Below are positions 24,814 through 37,978 of a stretch of DNA of 64,000 nucleotides, in pieces (the first letter of the stretch is position 1; every line of letters starts with the position of its first letter). A program made the translations under genes and the position numbers. Under the pieces are notes generated by a model, which made no database searches, had not been told where the DNA came from, and worked only from the letters and a program-made list of their open reading frames with translations. Origin of the DNA: Mobula hypostoma (lineage: Eukaryota); assembly GCF_963921235.1 (NCBI RefSeq), contig NC_086108.1:61196001-61260000 (forward strand), read 5' to 3'.

Positions 24814-24829
24814 GCGGCATCATCTCTGG

Positions 24830-25050
24830 AGGAACTCAGTTGCCCACCTTCTAGCTTGTACTCCTTCCCCTCCCACCACCTACTTATTCTGGCATCTTCC
24901 CCCCTTCCTTTCCAGATCTGATTAAGTGTTTCAGCCTGGAATGTCAACTGTTTATTCATTTCCATTTATGCCGCCTGACCTGCTGAGTTCCTCCAGCATT
25001 TTGTGTGTCTTGCTCTGGATTTCCAGCATCTGCAGAATCTCTTGTGTTTA
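24830..25050 (+). mobile_element. Penelope-like terminal fragment
   Basis: Same pyrimidine body, decayed hammerhead and CTGCTGAGTTCCTCCAGC module. Confidence 0.7.
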
Positions 25051-27062
25051 CAGAAATCATCAGTTTAGACCAGAAGTTCATGTACATGCATATCCTGCAC
25101 TTGAGCAGCAGATTATTCTTTGTTTGATTCCATTAGCTATTTTAATTGATAGTCACATTTTCTATGAGTGATGTGTTGGACAAAAAAAGTGAACAGGAAG
25201 TCTATCAGGTAAAAATAATCATTCTTTCAGTTGTATCTAAAGAGAAGTGCCCGAAAACCAGTGTCAGTGAAGTGAAAACATAACTAGAAGGAAAAGAGAT
25301 AATTATGGAACGTATGCATTTAATATCTAGTCATGTTATGTTAAGTTTTTTACTGATAAATGCTAGCTTCATAGACTGTGCAGTTTTACTTCATTCTTCA
25401 AGCTGTCTTGAATATGTGCTTTTTGGTACATTACGTTTCTTATATTCTAGTTTTTATTCAAGAAAATTGGGTCACATCATCTCTGGTGTGTTCAGCATTT
25501 CACGAGGGAGTATCTGAGCCATAATATCCAGTCTATTTCTGGCAAACGAGCAGACTCTTTGTGCAGAAAGGGATTTATATAAGAACAGCAATGTGGATCT
25601 ATATTTGGAATTGAGCTAATTTCACTTTGTCTCTTCTGGTTTTATCCCAACAGTCCTTTTGCCACCTTATCATTGTAATTCATCTCACGATTTTCATTGT
25701 ACATTTAATGCTTTTGGAAAAAATGAAGCCAACCATGTTAGAAGGTTTCATTTCTTCTGAATCCTTTAAATGCAGCATGGATTTAGGCAGGCTTTACAAG
25801 TGAATTTGGAGCAGTGAGTTAAAATGACCACTGGGTTCAAAGATGAATGATGTCTACTTGGACAAAGAACTGTAATATGACTGGATATGTGTGTAGGTGG
25901 GGGTGGGGCAGGAGACTGTTGATTCAGTGGGGGGAAGTTATTTTATTGATGGCACAGCCCTGTGCTATCCTTCTCCATTAACAATTGCTCCACACTAGTA
26001 GAAGCCCTGGCCTAATGAACCAGCAGTTTTCTGCAGGAGGAATAAATCAGCAAATGTTTTCTTTAAATCAATGTTCTAATTAACGCCAATCCCATTAACG
26101 GGTGTAGGCTATGCTCTGACCTTTTTTTCCCGCTGTTAAAAGCCTAAAGAATACTCAATGTAGCAACCAAAGAAAATAAAGAGGATGGAAAATAAGAAGT
26201 CTCCATCTTCTTTATTCTTCCATATTGTTGGTGTTTTTCAAAATATCCTCCTTTCTGCACTTAGCCACTTTATTTGACAGAGACACAAGAGACTGCAGAT
26301 GCTGGAACTGTTTGTTGCTTTTCTCTCAATAACTTTGTTCCTTTTTAAAATTTACCCGAATGATTTACAGCTTAATATGCTACATTATCTGTTCCTGTCT
26401 CACAAACCAGAAGCAATCATTCAGAATGTGCTTCTTTGAACTGACATTGTAATCAAATTCTCTGCCAAATGACTGGCAAAAAAAGTGATTGACTAACAGT
26501 ACTACAATCTTACTGCAAAATTTAGGATGCTTTTGTTTCTTTTGAACTGTTAAATAGACAATGACAGTAGGGTAGTGTCTTGGCAATCCTAAAGTTCGTT
26601 TCAGTCCCTCTGTCTTGACTCTTAATATATACTTCTACTTTAATTAGATAAAAATCATCTCCAGGTCTGAAAAAGGCATAAGATTTTTCAATGATAACTT
26701 CTAGTTAGGAAGATTTTCCAAAGCCTACACGACTGGAGCATGTCTGAAAGACACACACTATATAATGACTGTATTGTGTCTGAGTGGTGTTTCACAGACC
26801 CTGTCGTACCAGTCTTTTGTATCTTCAATAAATGTTTTGTTTCTGGCCTGACAATGTTGCGTGATAACCTTAAACCTGTGCTCTGATAGAACTGCTATGA
26901 GCTAAGGATTTACCACATGAAAGGAGATATCCCACAGCAGATTGAAGCTTTACAATAATACAGTGCTTCTCCTGCAGAAGAATGTGAGGAATTTAGTGAA
27001 GGGTTGAATGAAACCAGAGACACAATAGAAGAAATGACTCTCAAAGGGAGGGAGAAGTTAAG

Positions 27063-27760
27063 TAAGACTATAAGACCATGAGACATAGGAACAGAATTAG
27101 GCCATTTGGCCCATCATGTCTGCTCCCCCATTCAATCATGGCTGATTCTTTATTTTCGCTCCTCTGCCCCACCCCCTCCCTGGCCTTCTCCCCATAACCT
27201 TTGAGGCCATGTCTCATCAAGAAACTATCAAGCTCTGCCTTAAATACACCCAATGACCTGGACTCCAATGACTCCAAAGCTGCCTGTGGTAATAAATTCC
27301 ACAAATTGACCACCCTCTGACTAAAGAAATTCTCTGTCCGGGCCTTTCAACGTTCAAAAGGTTTCAATGAGATCCCCCTCATCTGTTTAAATTCCAGCAA
27401 GTGCAGGTCCAGAACCATTAAACATTTCTCATATGATAACCCTTTCATTCCCGGAATCATCCTTGTGAACTTCCGCTGAACCCTCTCCAATGCCAGCACA
27501 TCTTTTCTTAGATAAGAAGCCCAAAACTGTTCACAATACTCAAGGTGAGGCCTCACCAGTGCCTTATAAAGCCTCAGCATCACATCCCTACCCTTGTGTT
27601 CTAGACCTCTTGAAGTGAGTGCTAACATTGCATTTGCCTTCCTCACCACCAACTCTACTTGCAAGTTAACCTTTAGGGTGTTCTGCACAAGGACAGCCAA
27701 GATTCTTCGCATCTCAGATTTTTGGATTTTCTCCCCATTTAGAAAATAGTCTGCACATTT
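27063..27760 (-). mobile_element. CR1 3' fragment
   Basis: LYKALVRPHLEYCEQFW; tail (TCTTATGG)-like repeats. Confidence 0.9.
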
Positions 27761-28764
27761 ATTATAAACCAGATTTAGGAGAGAAGCACAGTGATTAGGG
27801 ATATAAAACTAAATCAGTGAAAGAAATGGTGAACAGGTCCCTTATATTCTATCTTCCCGAAGCAATTAAATCATGAGAGATCTGTATCTCAGTTCTATTT
27901 ACCTCCACCGGTTACCTATCCCTTACAAATATCCATCAATAATAGCTTTAACCAGTAATACAGCATTGGAAAACCATCAGCCCTTCAGCTTCAACAGGTT
28001 CCTGGCTTCACCTACAAGAGAAAATCTGCAGGTGCTGGAAATCCAAGCAACATGCACAAAATGCTGGATGAACTCAGCAGGCCAGGCAGCATCTAGGGAA
28101 ATGAGTAAACACTCAACGTTTTGAGCTGAGACCCTTAATCAGGACTGGATAAAAAGATGAGGAGTCAGAGTAAGAAAGTGGGGGGGGGGGCAGGGAAGAA
28201 CCAGAAGGTAATAGGTGAAACCGGGTGTGGGGGGAGTCAGGAAAGAAAGAGCTGGGAAGTTGATTAGTGAAAGTGATACAGGTCTGGAGAAGGGAGAATA
28301 TGATAGAGAAGGACAGAAAGCCATGGAAGTAAGAAAAGGGGGAGGAGCACCGAGAGGTGATAGACAGATAAGGTGAGAAGGTGAGAGGGAAAAGGGAATG
28401 GGGAATGGTGAAGAAGAGTGGTTGGGCAGGGGATGGGGGGCATTATCAGAAGTTTGAGAAATCTACGTTCATGCCATCAGGTTGGAGGCTACCAGATGGA
28501 ATATAAGGTGTTGTTTCTCCAACCTGAGTGTGACCTCATTGCCTTACCTGCCTATCACCTCACTCTGGTGCTCCTCCTCCTTTTCTTTCTTCCATGGCCT
28601 TTTGTCTTCTCCTATCAGGTCCCCCCTTCTCCAGTACTGTATCTCTTTCATCAATCAACTTCCCAGCTCTTTCCTTCACCCACCCACCCATAGTTTCAGC
28701 TATCACCTTGTAGTTCTTCCTCCCCTCCCTCTACTTTCTTACTCTGACTTCTCATCTCTTTTTC

Positions 28765-28807
28765 CAGTCCTGATGAAGGGTCTCGACCCGAAATGAAACG
28801 TTGACTG
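28765..28807 (+). ncRNA. Minimal type I hammerhead ribozyme motif
   Basis: CAGTC-CTGATGA-A-GGGTCTCGACCC-GAAA-TGAAACG-TT-GACTG; stem I CAGTC/GACTG. Confidence 0.6.
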
Positions 28808-28949
28808 TACTCTTTTCCATAGATGCTTCCTGGCCTGATGATTTTCTCCAGCATTTTGTATGTATTTCCTGGTTTCACTTATAACTTATCAGCTAATTTC
28901 CCTTCCTCTCCCCCACCTCTTTTATTCTGGCCTCATTCCCCTTCCTTTC

Positions 28950-28987
28950 CAGTTCTGATGAAGGGTCTTGACCTGAAATGTTGACTG
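28950..28987 (+). ncRNA. Minimal type I hammerhead ribozyme motif
   Basis: CAGTT-CTGATGA-A-GGGTCTTGACCT-GAAAT-GTT-GACTG. Confidence 0.55.
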
Positions 28988-29464
28988 TTTAATCCTCTAC
29001 ATAGATGCAGCCTGATCTGCTGAGTTCCTCCAGCATTTTTGAGTGTGTTCTGGATTTCCAGCATCTGCAATACCGCTTGTGTTTAAAGATTCTACAGTCT
29101 TACCAGGAGGTATTTAGCCACCGAGGAAAAGCTAAAAATTTAGACTTGAAAACACAAAATGAAATCAATTACCAAGTTTCCATTCTGACAAGTATACGGA
29201 AACAGGAAGGAGATTTTGTTAAGGTGGCCAGGCTAGAATTGAAGAACAATGTAAATTCATTGCCATATATTTACTATGAGGTCCATGGGAAAGAAGAACA
29301 AAATGGACATATCACCATTTCCAATAATGCACACAAAACGCTGGAGGAACTCAGCAAGACAGGCAGGATCTATGGAGAGGAATAAACAGTCAACATCTCG
29401 GGCCAAGTTCCTTCTTTATGTTCATTTATAAAGTTTGGTGTTTTCTTAACAAATGGTTCTTTAG

Positions 29465-30030
29465 GGTTGTTATAGCCAGGGTGACAGTAGGGATAAACTC
29501 CCACTACTTACTAAATGCTCCCAATGGCGTGCGTCTCAAATAGCCTCAGTCAACCAAGTCCAACTCCTGGCCTTTGTGAATGGATTAGCTACTAAACCTG
29601 GTGGAACCGTTTCTAATGACAGGAGAAGGGTCAAAGGCGGGTTACTGGCACCTTAAAACCAGTCACTTCATGCAGATGGGGCTCGTCAGCCCTTGTTGGT
29701 GGCTTACCTAGGAGAGGAAAAACTGATCTCAAACCTCTGCTGCTTTGGCAGTTATACCCACTCAAGGTAAAGCTTTGGGAATAAACCCCGAAGAAAAATC
29801 CAGAGCTGGAGTCCCTAAGGCAGTCCTACGTTGAGTTCAATGCCGACTGGCAATCCCTGTGATGCCATTGGTGCCAAACTGCATCGGCCTCTGCCGTTCC
29901 TTTGGTTTCATCAGCTGTGTAGAGACGGGGAGCATCCTACCAAAGGGCAAAAGCTTGCTCTTCATGTCATACGGCTCTGGCTTGTGCATCACACAGACAG
30001 TTGGGGCACAATGTCAATGGTCGACCCCGT
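29465..30030 (+). mobile_element. RTE-clade 5'UTR-derived non-autonomous element
   Basis: CTAGGAGAGGAAAAACTGATCTCAAACCTC motif typical of RTE 5' regions; 3' part similar to the SINE at 30706. Confidence 0.5.
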
Positions 30031-30517
30031 ATTCCATAGTACTGTTATTATGCTGATGTTTTTTTTTGCCAAAAATCTGCTGAAAGAGAAGCTTCAAAGG
30101 TTTTCTAAACTCAGAGACGAAACAACAACTTGAGGTAGCTTTTTCTTTCTCTTTGCTCCCACTGGACCTTTTCTGAAGGTGCTGACTCAAGGTACGGAAT
30201 CTTCTAGATAGTGACATCGCTGGATGGTAATGGGGAGAAATCTGCCTCTTCTATTGGCACTAAACATATGCAAAATATTATTGCATATTTGATTTCACTG
30301 AAGTCAGAGAAACAAGATCTGAGGGGCGGGAGGGGGAGTAAACTCAGCAGTTGATGTTCTCGCATGTCAAGTGTTAGTGACCAAAGATAAGTTTCTCTCT
30401 GACGTCAGAAAGCTATTCAAATGGAGATGCATCAGAATTCTATTATAATTGAAAAATCAAAACAATGCTGAAATAGAATTGGAAACCCTTAACAGCTATC
30501 TATGGAAAGAAAAGCAG

Positions 30518-30554
30518 AGCCGACATTTCGGGGTGAAAACCCCTCATCAGAGCC
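30518..30554 (-). ncRNA. Minimal hammerhead motif with complete core (Penelope-derived)
   Basis: GGCT-CTGATGA-GGGGT TTTC ACCCC-GAAAT-GTC-GGCT on the minus strand. Confidence 0.6.
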
Positions 30555-30705
30555 AGTTTTAATAAAATGTATTTTACCTGAAACAATTCCTCTGATTACT
30601 CTGCTTTGCTTTCCACAGGTTCTGTCTGACCTGCTGAGTATTTCCAGCATTAGCCATTTCTATATCAGGATTCTGTCATTGATTATCATGAACATATATT
30701 TTTTT

Positions 30706-31020
30706 GTGCTGGCGCGTAGCCAAGTGGTTAAGGCGTCTGTCTAGTGATTTGAAGGTCGCTAGTTCGAGCCTTGGCTGAGGCAGCGCGTGTGTCCTTGAGC
30801 AAGGCACTTAACCACACACATTGCTTTGCGACGACACCGGTGCCAAGCTGTACGGGTCCTAATGCCCTTCCCTTGGACAACATCAGTGGCGTGGAGAGGG
30901 GAGACTTGCTGCATGGGCAACTGCTGGTCTTCCATATAACCTTGCCCAGGCCTGTGCCCTGGAAACCTTTCAAGGCGCAAATCCATGGTCTCATGAGACT
31001 AATGGATGCCTATAATTATA
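30706..31020 (+). mobile_element. Young tRNA-derived SINE with RTE-related body
   Basis: Box A TAGCCAAGTGG, box B GTTCGAGCC, GTGTCCTTGAGCAAGGCACTTAAC domain, TATAAT tail, probable ATATTTTTT TSD. Confidence 0.8.
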
Positions 31021-32045
31021 ATATTTTTTCAGGAGGATTTCAACATAATAATCAAGAATGAGAGACTGGAAGATTTTTCCATTTTTGAGTTTAAGGGCAC
31101 ACCTGCAGTCTTAATGTCTGCAGACTGCTTACAGGGACTGATTCTGGTCTGAACTCAATAGGCTCCTCCAGCACGTTGTGTGTGTTGCTTTAGATTTCCA
31201 GCATCTGTAGAATTGCTTTCTGATTCAGGTCTAGACTACTTACTACCAGAATGTGTAGCGCACTTAGAAACTGGGCCACACTTAGAAACCTGGGAGACTG
31301 CTGTTCCCATGAAGGCTATCCTATTTATTTATTTGTAGTTCTACAAGAGGTTTTGGTTAGAATTGTTAAAGATGATAAATGTTGTATATGTTTAAGAACT
31401 TACAACTTACTCCATTTCCTTTCTCTCTGCGTATTTGTTTCATTGAGAGTTGTAAATGAATGTTATGTTATGTCAATCCTACAATCTCATAAACTGCTTC
31501 CTTTAATTTCTTTCCAAATAGACCTTAAACATACAGGGACACAATTTTGCCTTCCAAAGCTTTATCATGTAAAACTAACTTCTAGTCATGTTAATAACAC
31601 CAATACTAGTGCAATAACATCTCAATGACACAGCTTGAACCAAAGCATCACAGTTCTTTGCTTTTGGAAAAAGTAAGCTGATGAGATAGCAAAGTGGCAC
31701 ACATTGACAGATTGAAGTTTCATCTCTTTCTATACTCATCAGGAAAGACAGGAAAATGACTTAGCTTCATACTTGCTCTCTCTGTCAGGGTGGAGCTGTG
31801 TATGCTGGACTGGCATACAGTGGCGTGTAAAGATAAATCATGTGACTCATAAGCATTCAATTTCATGATTAAAATAAATGAGTGCAGGTGGCTGTGTGAA
31901 GCAGGATTAGAGGTTGTACTGCGGAAAGATATACACATCTGAATACACTTCTTCAATTCTAATTTCACTTCTACCTCATAATTCCATGACTCTTAATTTT
32001 TGATGCTGAAAAGAAGGAATGGTGCTTGGTTTTGTTTTCCTTTTT

Positions 32046-32360
32046 AGATAGATAGATAGATAGATAGATAGACAGACAGATAGGTATACTTTACTAATCC
32101 CGAGGGAAATTTGGTTTTGTTACAGCCGCACCAACCAAGAATAGAGTGTAAATATAGCAATACAAAAAACCCCAACAATCAAACACCAAAATGCAAACTA
32201 TGCCAGATGGAAAATAAGTCCAGGACCAGTCTATTGGATCAGGGTGTCTGACCCTCCACGGGAGGAGCTGCACGTTGGATGGCCACAGGCAGGAACGACC
32301 TCCCGTGCCGCCAAGTGTTGTATCACGGTGGAATGTGGCCGAAGTCCAACAGTAAAAATC
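32046..32360 (-). mobile_element. (GATA)n microsatellite forming the tail of a LINE 3' end (Rex1-like)
   Basis: (GATA)n then TACTTTACTAATCCCGAGGGAAATT; CpG-rich, so probably young. Confidence 0.6.
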
Positions 32361-32629
32361 CCACAGTTCTGAGACAGGTTGCAAACCCATGTTCCATCTG
32401 CCCTTGTCTGGTTCTACCTACTCCTACCAAACTATGCCTCTGCCCTTCCCCCTCCCCTTCGACACCTGGCTCTATCTGCTTATGATTTTTTTTCTTTTCT
32501 ATTTGTTTCCACTTATCAACTACCAGCCTTTGTCTTCACAGTCCTCCTTTCCCCTTCCCCGCCTGGGCACATCTGCCCAAAAATCCTCCCCATCTCATCT
32601 GGTTCGACCTACAACCGACTGGCCTTTGA

Positions 32630-33750
32630 TCTTAGTGCTACCCATGCCACGTGCTAGTGAGGCTAGAATTAGAAAGGTTATACAGTTTAACACATGGCTA
32701 AGGAGGTGGTGCAGGAGGGGAGATTTCAGCTTTTTTGGATCATTGGGCTCTCTTCCTGGGAACGTGGGACCTGTACAGATGACACAGTTTGCAACTGAAC
32801 TAGGGTGGGACTAATATCCCAGTGAGAAGATTGCCTGGTGCTGTTCCACTGTGGTTTAAGCTAGAACTGCAGCGGGTTGAGAACCAGGGTGCCAGCACAG
32901 TCACTTGCCATACAGGATGAAAAAGTAAATTGGCTTCAACATTGGCTTTGTGGGAGCAGCCAGACAGTGATAGTAGTTGGTTGCTTCTCTGGCTGGCGGC
33001 CTGTGACTAGTGGTGTGCTGAAGTGACTGGTGCTGGGTCCACTGTTACTTGTCATCTATACAGTGATCTGGATGATAATCTGGTAAAGTGGATCAGCAAC
33101 TTTGCTGTTGACTTCAAGATCGAAGGAATTGTGGATGGAGAGGGAGACTATCAAAACTTGCAGTGGCATCTGGATCAGCTGGAAAAATGAGCTGAGACAT
33201 GTCAGTTGGAATTTAATGCAGGCAGCTGTGAGGTGTTGCACAGTGGGAGGACAGACCAGGGTAGGACTCACACAGTAAACAGTGGAGCACTGAGGAGTGC
33301 AGTAGAATAGAGGGATGTGGGATTACAAATCCATAATCCCTTGAAAGTGGCATTACTGGTAGATATGGTCATAAAGAGAGCTTTTGGCACTTTGGCCTTC
33401 ATGAATCAAAGTATTAACCACAGAAATTGGGTTGTTATGTTGAAGTTGTATAAACATTGGTGAAGCCTAATTTGGACGAAGTATTGTATGTAGTTTTGGT
33501 CACCCACCTACTGGAAAGATATCAATAAGATTGAAAGAGTGCAGAGAACATTTACAATAAAGGAATGAGCTGCCATTGGAAGTGGTGAATACAGGTTTGA
33601 TTTCAACATTTAAGTCAAGTTTGGATAGGTACATGAATGGAAGGGGTATGGAGGACTATGGTCCAGGTGTGTGTTGATGCAACTAGACAGAATAACATTT
33701 TGGCACAGACTGAGGGGCCAAAGGGTCCCTTTCTGTGCTGTAGTGCTCTG
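32630..33750 (+). mobile_element. Degraded, internally deleted CR1
   Basis: ORF1 esterase piece (QFNTWLRRWCRRG) followed by RT 3' and tail remnants. Confidence 0.75.
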
Positions 33751-36700
33751 TGCCTCTCTGACTTTACACTCTCAGTCTTGATGCAGGATCGTGACCTGAG
33801 ACATCATGCATCCCTTTGCCTCCACAGATGTTGCTTGACCAGCTGAGTTGTTCCAGCGTTTCATGTTTCGCCCATGATTTTCCAGCCTTTGCCACCCCCT
33901 GTGTCTGTGTAGCGCCCTTGTCTCTGGTGTAACTCAGTCACTGCTGAACAATGGCGGGGTGGAGAAGACAGTGAAGGACGGGGGGAATTATTATTTGGGG
34001 GCATGGATGAAAATAGGGATTAAGAGAGTGTGAAGTAAATAAAATACAACTAATCAAAGTATGGTTTAGCCAGCAGGGGTGAACTAATTACTAAATACCA
34101 TGATTTAAATATGCCTAGGGCTGCTAAGTAGGGACCCATGGGTTTAATGCTCAAGCTTTCCTGGAGTGATATTTATAGTGTCTGATGATAGCACAGGGTA
34201 TAGTGGTTGAGGGAGCAGAACATCAGCACTTGTCCATGTGACTCAGGATTTAAGGAGAAGGCAGTGAACGCTATTGACGAAGGATGTCAGTGGCCACAGG
34301 GAAAAAGGACGCCCCATAGCTTTTACATCATGAAGAAGCTCGGAGAGATCAAAGTAACTGCCAGGTCGTAGCAGTTAATTCACCACTCTCGCCTTTCTGG
34401 ATAAACAAGCATAAAGTAGTGAACAAAATTGTAATACTAGACAGAGTCAATATGGTCTAATAAAAAAGGTAATCACATTAAATAAGTTTTCAGAGATTTG
34501 TAACTACTAAGGTGGGCAAGTAGGAACAGTGGATGCAGTATATCTAGATTTTCTAAGGCACTTATTAAGGTGTCAAAGATTCATTTCGGGATCTATATTG
34601 TACACATTTCTCCGACATTAAATGTACCTTTGAAACCTTTGAAATAAACTAGCTGCTCATAACGTAAGAGTCAGTGTTGGCGGTAAAATATGAGCAGAGA
34701 GATAGTGTAGAAAGAAACTTTCATTTTGGCAGACTAGTGATGTACAAAATCCTCAGCTCGTCACAGTCTATATTAGTGGCTGGATAAACAGACAGAACAT
34801 AATGCTTCTGTGTGTACCAAAGATAGGGACAGTGAGGAGATGTGAAGTGAAAATTTACAAAGAGAAGTAATGCAAGGATATTCATTTTGGTAGGAAGAGT
34901 GGCAAAAAGCTTGCTGAGCAGCTCCTTACAAAGTCTGCGGCAGCACGTACTCCCTTACATATGTGAGGTTTGAGGACCTCAAATATATATTGCAGACATT
35001 TATGGAACTCTGCACATGACAATGTTGCAGCCCAGAGAGCAATTAATTGCATGATACATTCTTGGAAGGCTTAACAGCCTTAAAGTCACAATCATTACTC
35101 ATAACAAACACGGCATACACAGTGAAAAGTATAATACATGGGACCTAGATAGTCATTGTGCCTTTAATTTCAATACAAAGTGTCGAAGAACAGCATATGC
35201 CTGATTTTTATCACCAGCCCAGAGCCTAATAACCTATTAAAGAAATGCAAGGGCAAAGTAATGAATCTCACGCACAAGGCAACCTCCATGCTGATTCCAC
35301 CTTACCACAGGGCTAGGTCACATATTAATTTGCTGTCTAAGACAAAGAATGAGGATCTTGTGTGGCCAAGTTTTAAAACAAGGCTGTTAATTTTGAGAAA
35401 GCAAATTAATTGTGAAGCTGACAGCAAGCCAGAAAGCATGCACATTGCAAAAAGCAGAAACAGATGCACAGTTTTTTTTCCCAGGCTGGAAATGTCAAAT
35501 ACTAGAGGACATACATTTATGTTGAGAGATAAAAAGTCTAAAAGAGATTAGTGACACCAAGTTTTTTTTACACAATATGCGTTCCTGGAGTGCATTGCTG
35601 GGGAGGTGGCAGAAACAAGTACAATAGCAACATTTAAAAGGCACTTAGACAGACATGGAGGGGTATACACTATGTACAGGCAGATGGGATTCGTTTAATT
35701 TAGCTTAAATCAGTATCATGGTTAGCATAGTTACCACAGGCCAGTAGGTTTGTTCAGGTGCTGCGGTGTTCTATGCTAGAATAAATCTGTTTTATAAATT
35801 CGTTATCAAGCAATCGTGCATCTTTATGTGGAGACATTATTTCAGCCATGAAACTATATTAAAACAGATTATCATGAAAAGTGAAGAAGAAAATCAATGG
35901 ATCTATGTCTGATGTCAGTCAGACCCCAATACAATTTTATCCTTCGGCTGCAGCCTAGAAGCAAATTATTATCAGGATTTGACTGATATCGGACTCTGAA
36001 TGTTGCCTTCCATGCTAATTGGCAAGTTTCAAAAAGACAGCATTTATTATGTCAGCTCAGGCTCATTACGGGAAATTAGGGAAATTGTGGGGGTAATGAA
36101 AGTCTTATCCTATTTTGAAACTGGTAGACCTGAACCACACTACATTTCTCAATTTAGCATTCTGACAGTGTGCAAACACTGGGTTTGAATTACAGCTAGT
36201 CAGGAACACAATGGGACAACATTGCAACATTGCAGTAGTGGTAAAGCTCTGGAATTCTCTCCCCTGGAGAGTTGTGGCAGGTACATCACTGAGGGCACTT
36301 AAAAAAAAGAGATAGATTTTTTTTGAAAGAAGGCAAATGGCAACCGGTACAGAATAGACCAGCCGTGGTCATATTGGCTAACAATGTTCGAGGGACTGAA
36401 TGTGTATTTCTGCTTCTCTTATGTTCTTGTGAATACTGTCTGAAGAGGATAAGACATTTTGTCAGCAACTTGGAAAGGATTTAATGGGTGTAGAATGTGA
36501 GGAAGGCACATCTGACACTGAGCACTGGTTGTGGAAGAACCTGCAGTAAGGAAATGGAAATCAGCAGCAATTGTCCACGTTGTTGAAATGGGCAAAGGGG
36601 TAGCAAGAGCCAAAAGAATAGGAAGAGGCTAGTACAAGTTATTGCAAAGAGATAGTGATTACATTTTCAGATTGGTATTAACCATGTTAACTGGAAAATT

Positions 36701-37978
36701 TCAAGTGTCAAAGGATGCAAATAAATTCTCACAATATAAAACAGCAGCTCTATGAAAATGATCATTGTGTGCTGATAGTAGCACCACCATGTTCCTTTCC
36801 TATGCAACAACCTTTATTCACACAGATAATTTCTCGCCTCCTGAAGCTTAAAATTGCTGGTTTCCCATCATCAGGAAACTCGATGATAATGCTCTCGCTA
36901 ACTTTATCCTCCAGCTACCGTACTCTGAGGTATCCATGCTCCTCCCAATTATCCCAGAATTAAATGGCTAACTTCAATTACCAAGGTCCTCAGGTTTGAA
37001 ATTCCCTTCCTAAACTTCTATTTCCTCCTTTAAAGCACACTATATCTTTGACCATTGTTTTAGCCAATCCTAGGAGGCTGGGTGTTAATTTTTATTTGAT
37101 GATTATTGAGTATTTTGCTACATTAAATGTGCTTTTTAAATATGTTGTTATCATTGAATTTGTTTCTAGTAAAATAGCAGTGTACAGAAAAAATGTACTC
37201 ATTGGAATTCTATTAATTTCTGTGTATTTCAGCTCCTTCGTGCAATCTGCTTTTCACCTTATTCCAATTTATCCTAAATGTTTATAGGATTTTGTGGTTT
37301 GCAGAGTCTAATTAATTAAGTTTGGTTTTGGCTAATATACTGTAAATTCCTTAAGAATTAATCTTTCTGCCATTCATCTTTAAGTATTGGTTGAAAATCC
37401 AATTATTTTATAATATCCTAGTGCCAAGTTAGGCTAAATTGCAGGCAATTAAACAGTGAATGTTAGTAATTGGGCTGAGATTACTCCAACTTGTTCCATA
37501 AAGGACCAATGGAAATTTTTACATCAGTTTTAAATGTATCTAAGTCGACACTCTACAAGTGAGAGAGCAGTGCTCCAAATCAATATGCAGCAATATAATC
37601 TACCCAATCTGATATTAGTAAGTAGATGGAAGGCCAGTGATTTGTAATATAATAAAGCAAATAATATTTCATTAACAGTACATGAAATCCCCTATGATTT
37701 CAGGATAATACAGAGTAATAAGATAAGTATTAAATGAAATTAGAAGTCAAGGTGAAATAAAATAACATATTATGTTCAGACTTACAGAGATAGCCAATTT
37801 GATGAAATGATAATTCAATTTTCTATGCTTCCGTGGGACTCATGCTTAGAAATGGAATCACACATGGTGGATTTTACAGACAACTGAAAAGCAAATTAAC
37901 GCTGAATACCAAGTGTTTGAAATTTTGAGGGCCGAATTTCTCCAACGGGATACACCTGTTGTGAATTATTCCTGCAAC

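Larger units (their letters stand above)
28013..29410. mobile_element. Cluster of Penelope-like fragments in both orientations with hammerhead motifs
   Basis: Minus strand 28445-28528 encodes LRLEKQHLIFHL/SLQPDGMNVDFSNF (GIY-YIG C-terminus, one frameshift); CTGATGA...GAAA motifs at 28770 and 28955. Confidence 0.8.

Noticed and set aside
30706..30785. tRNA gene
   Set aside because: A and B boxes are present but run into a SINE body, tail and TSD; no Pol III terminator directly after the tRNA-like part.
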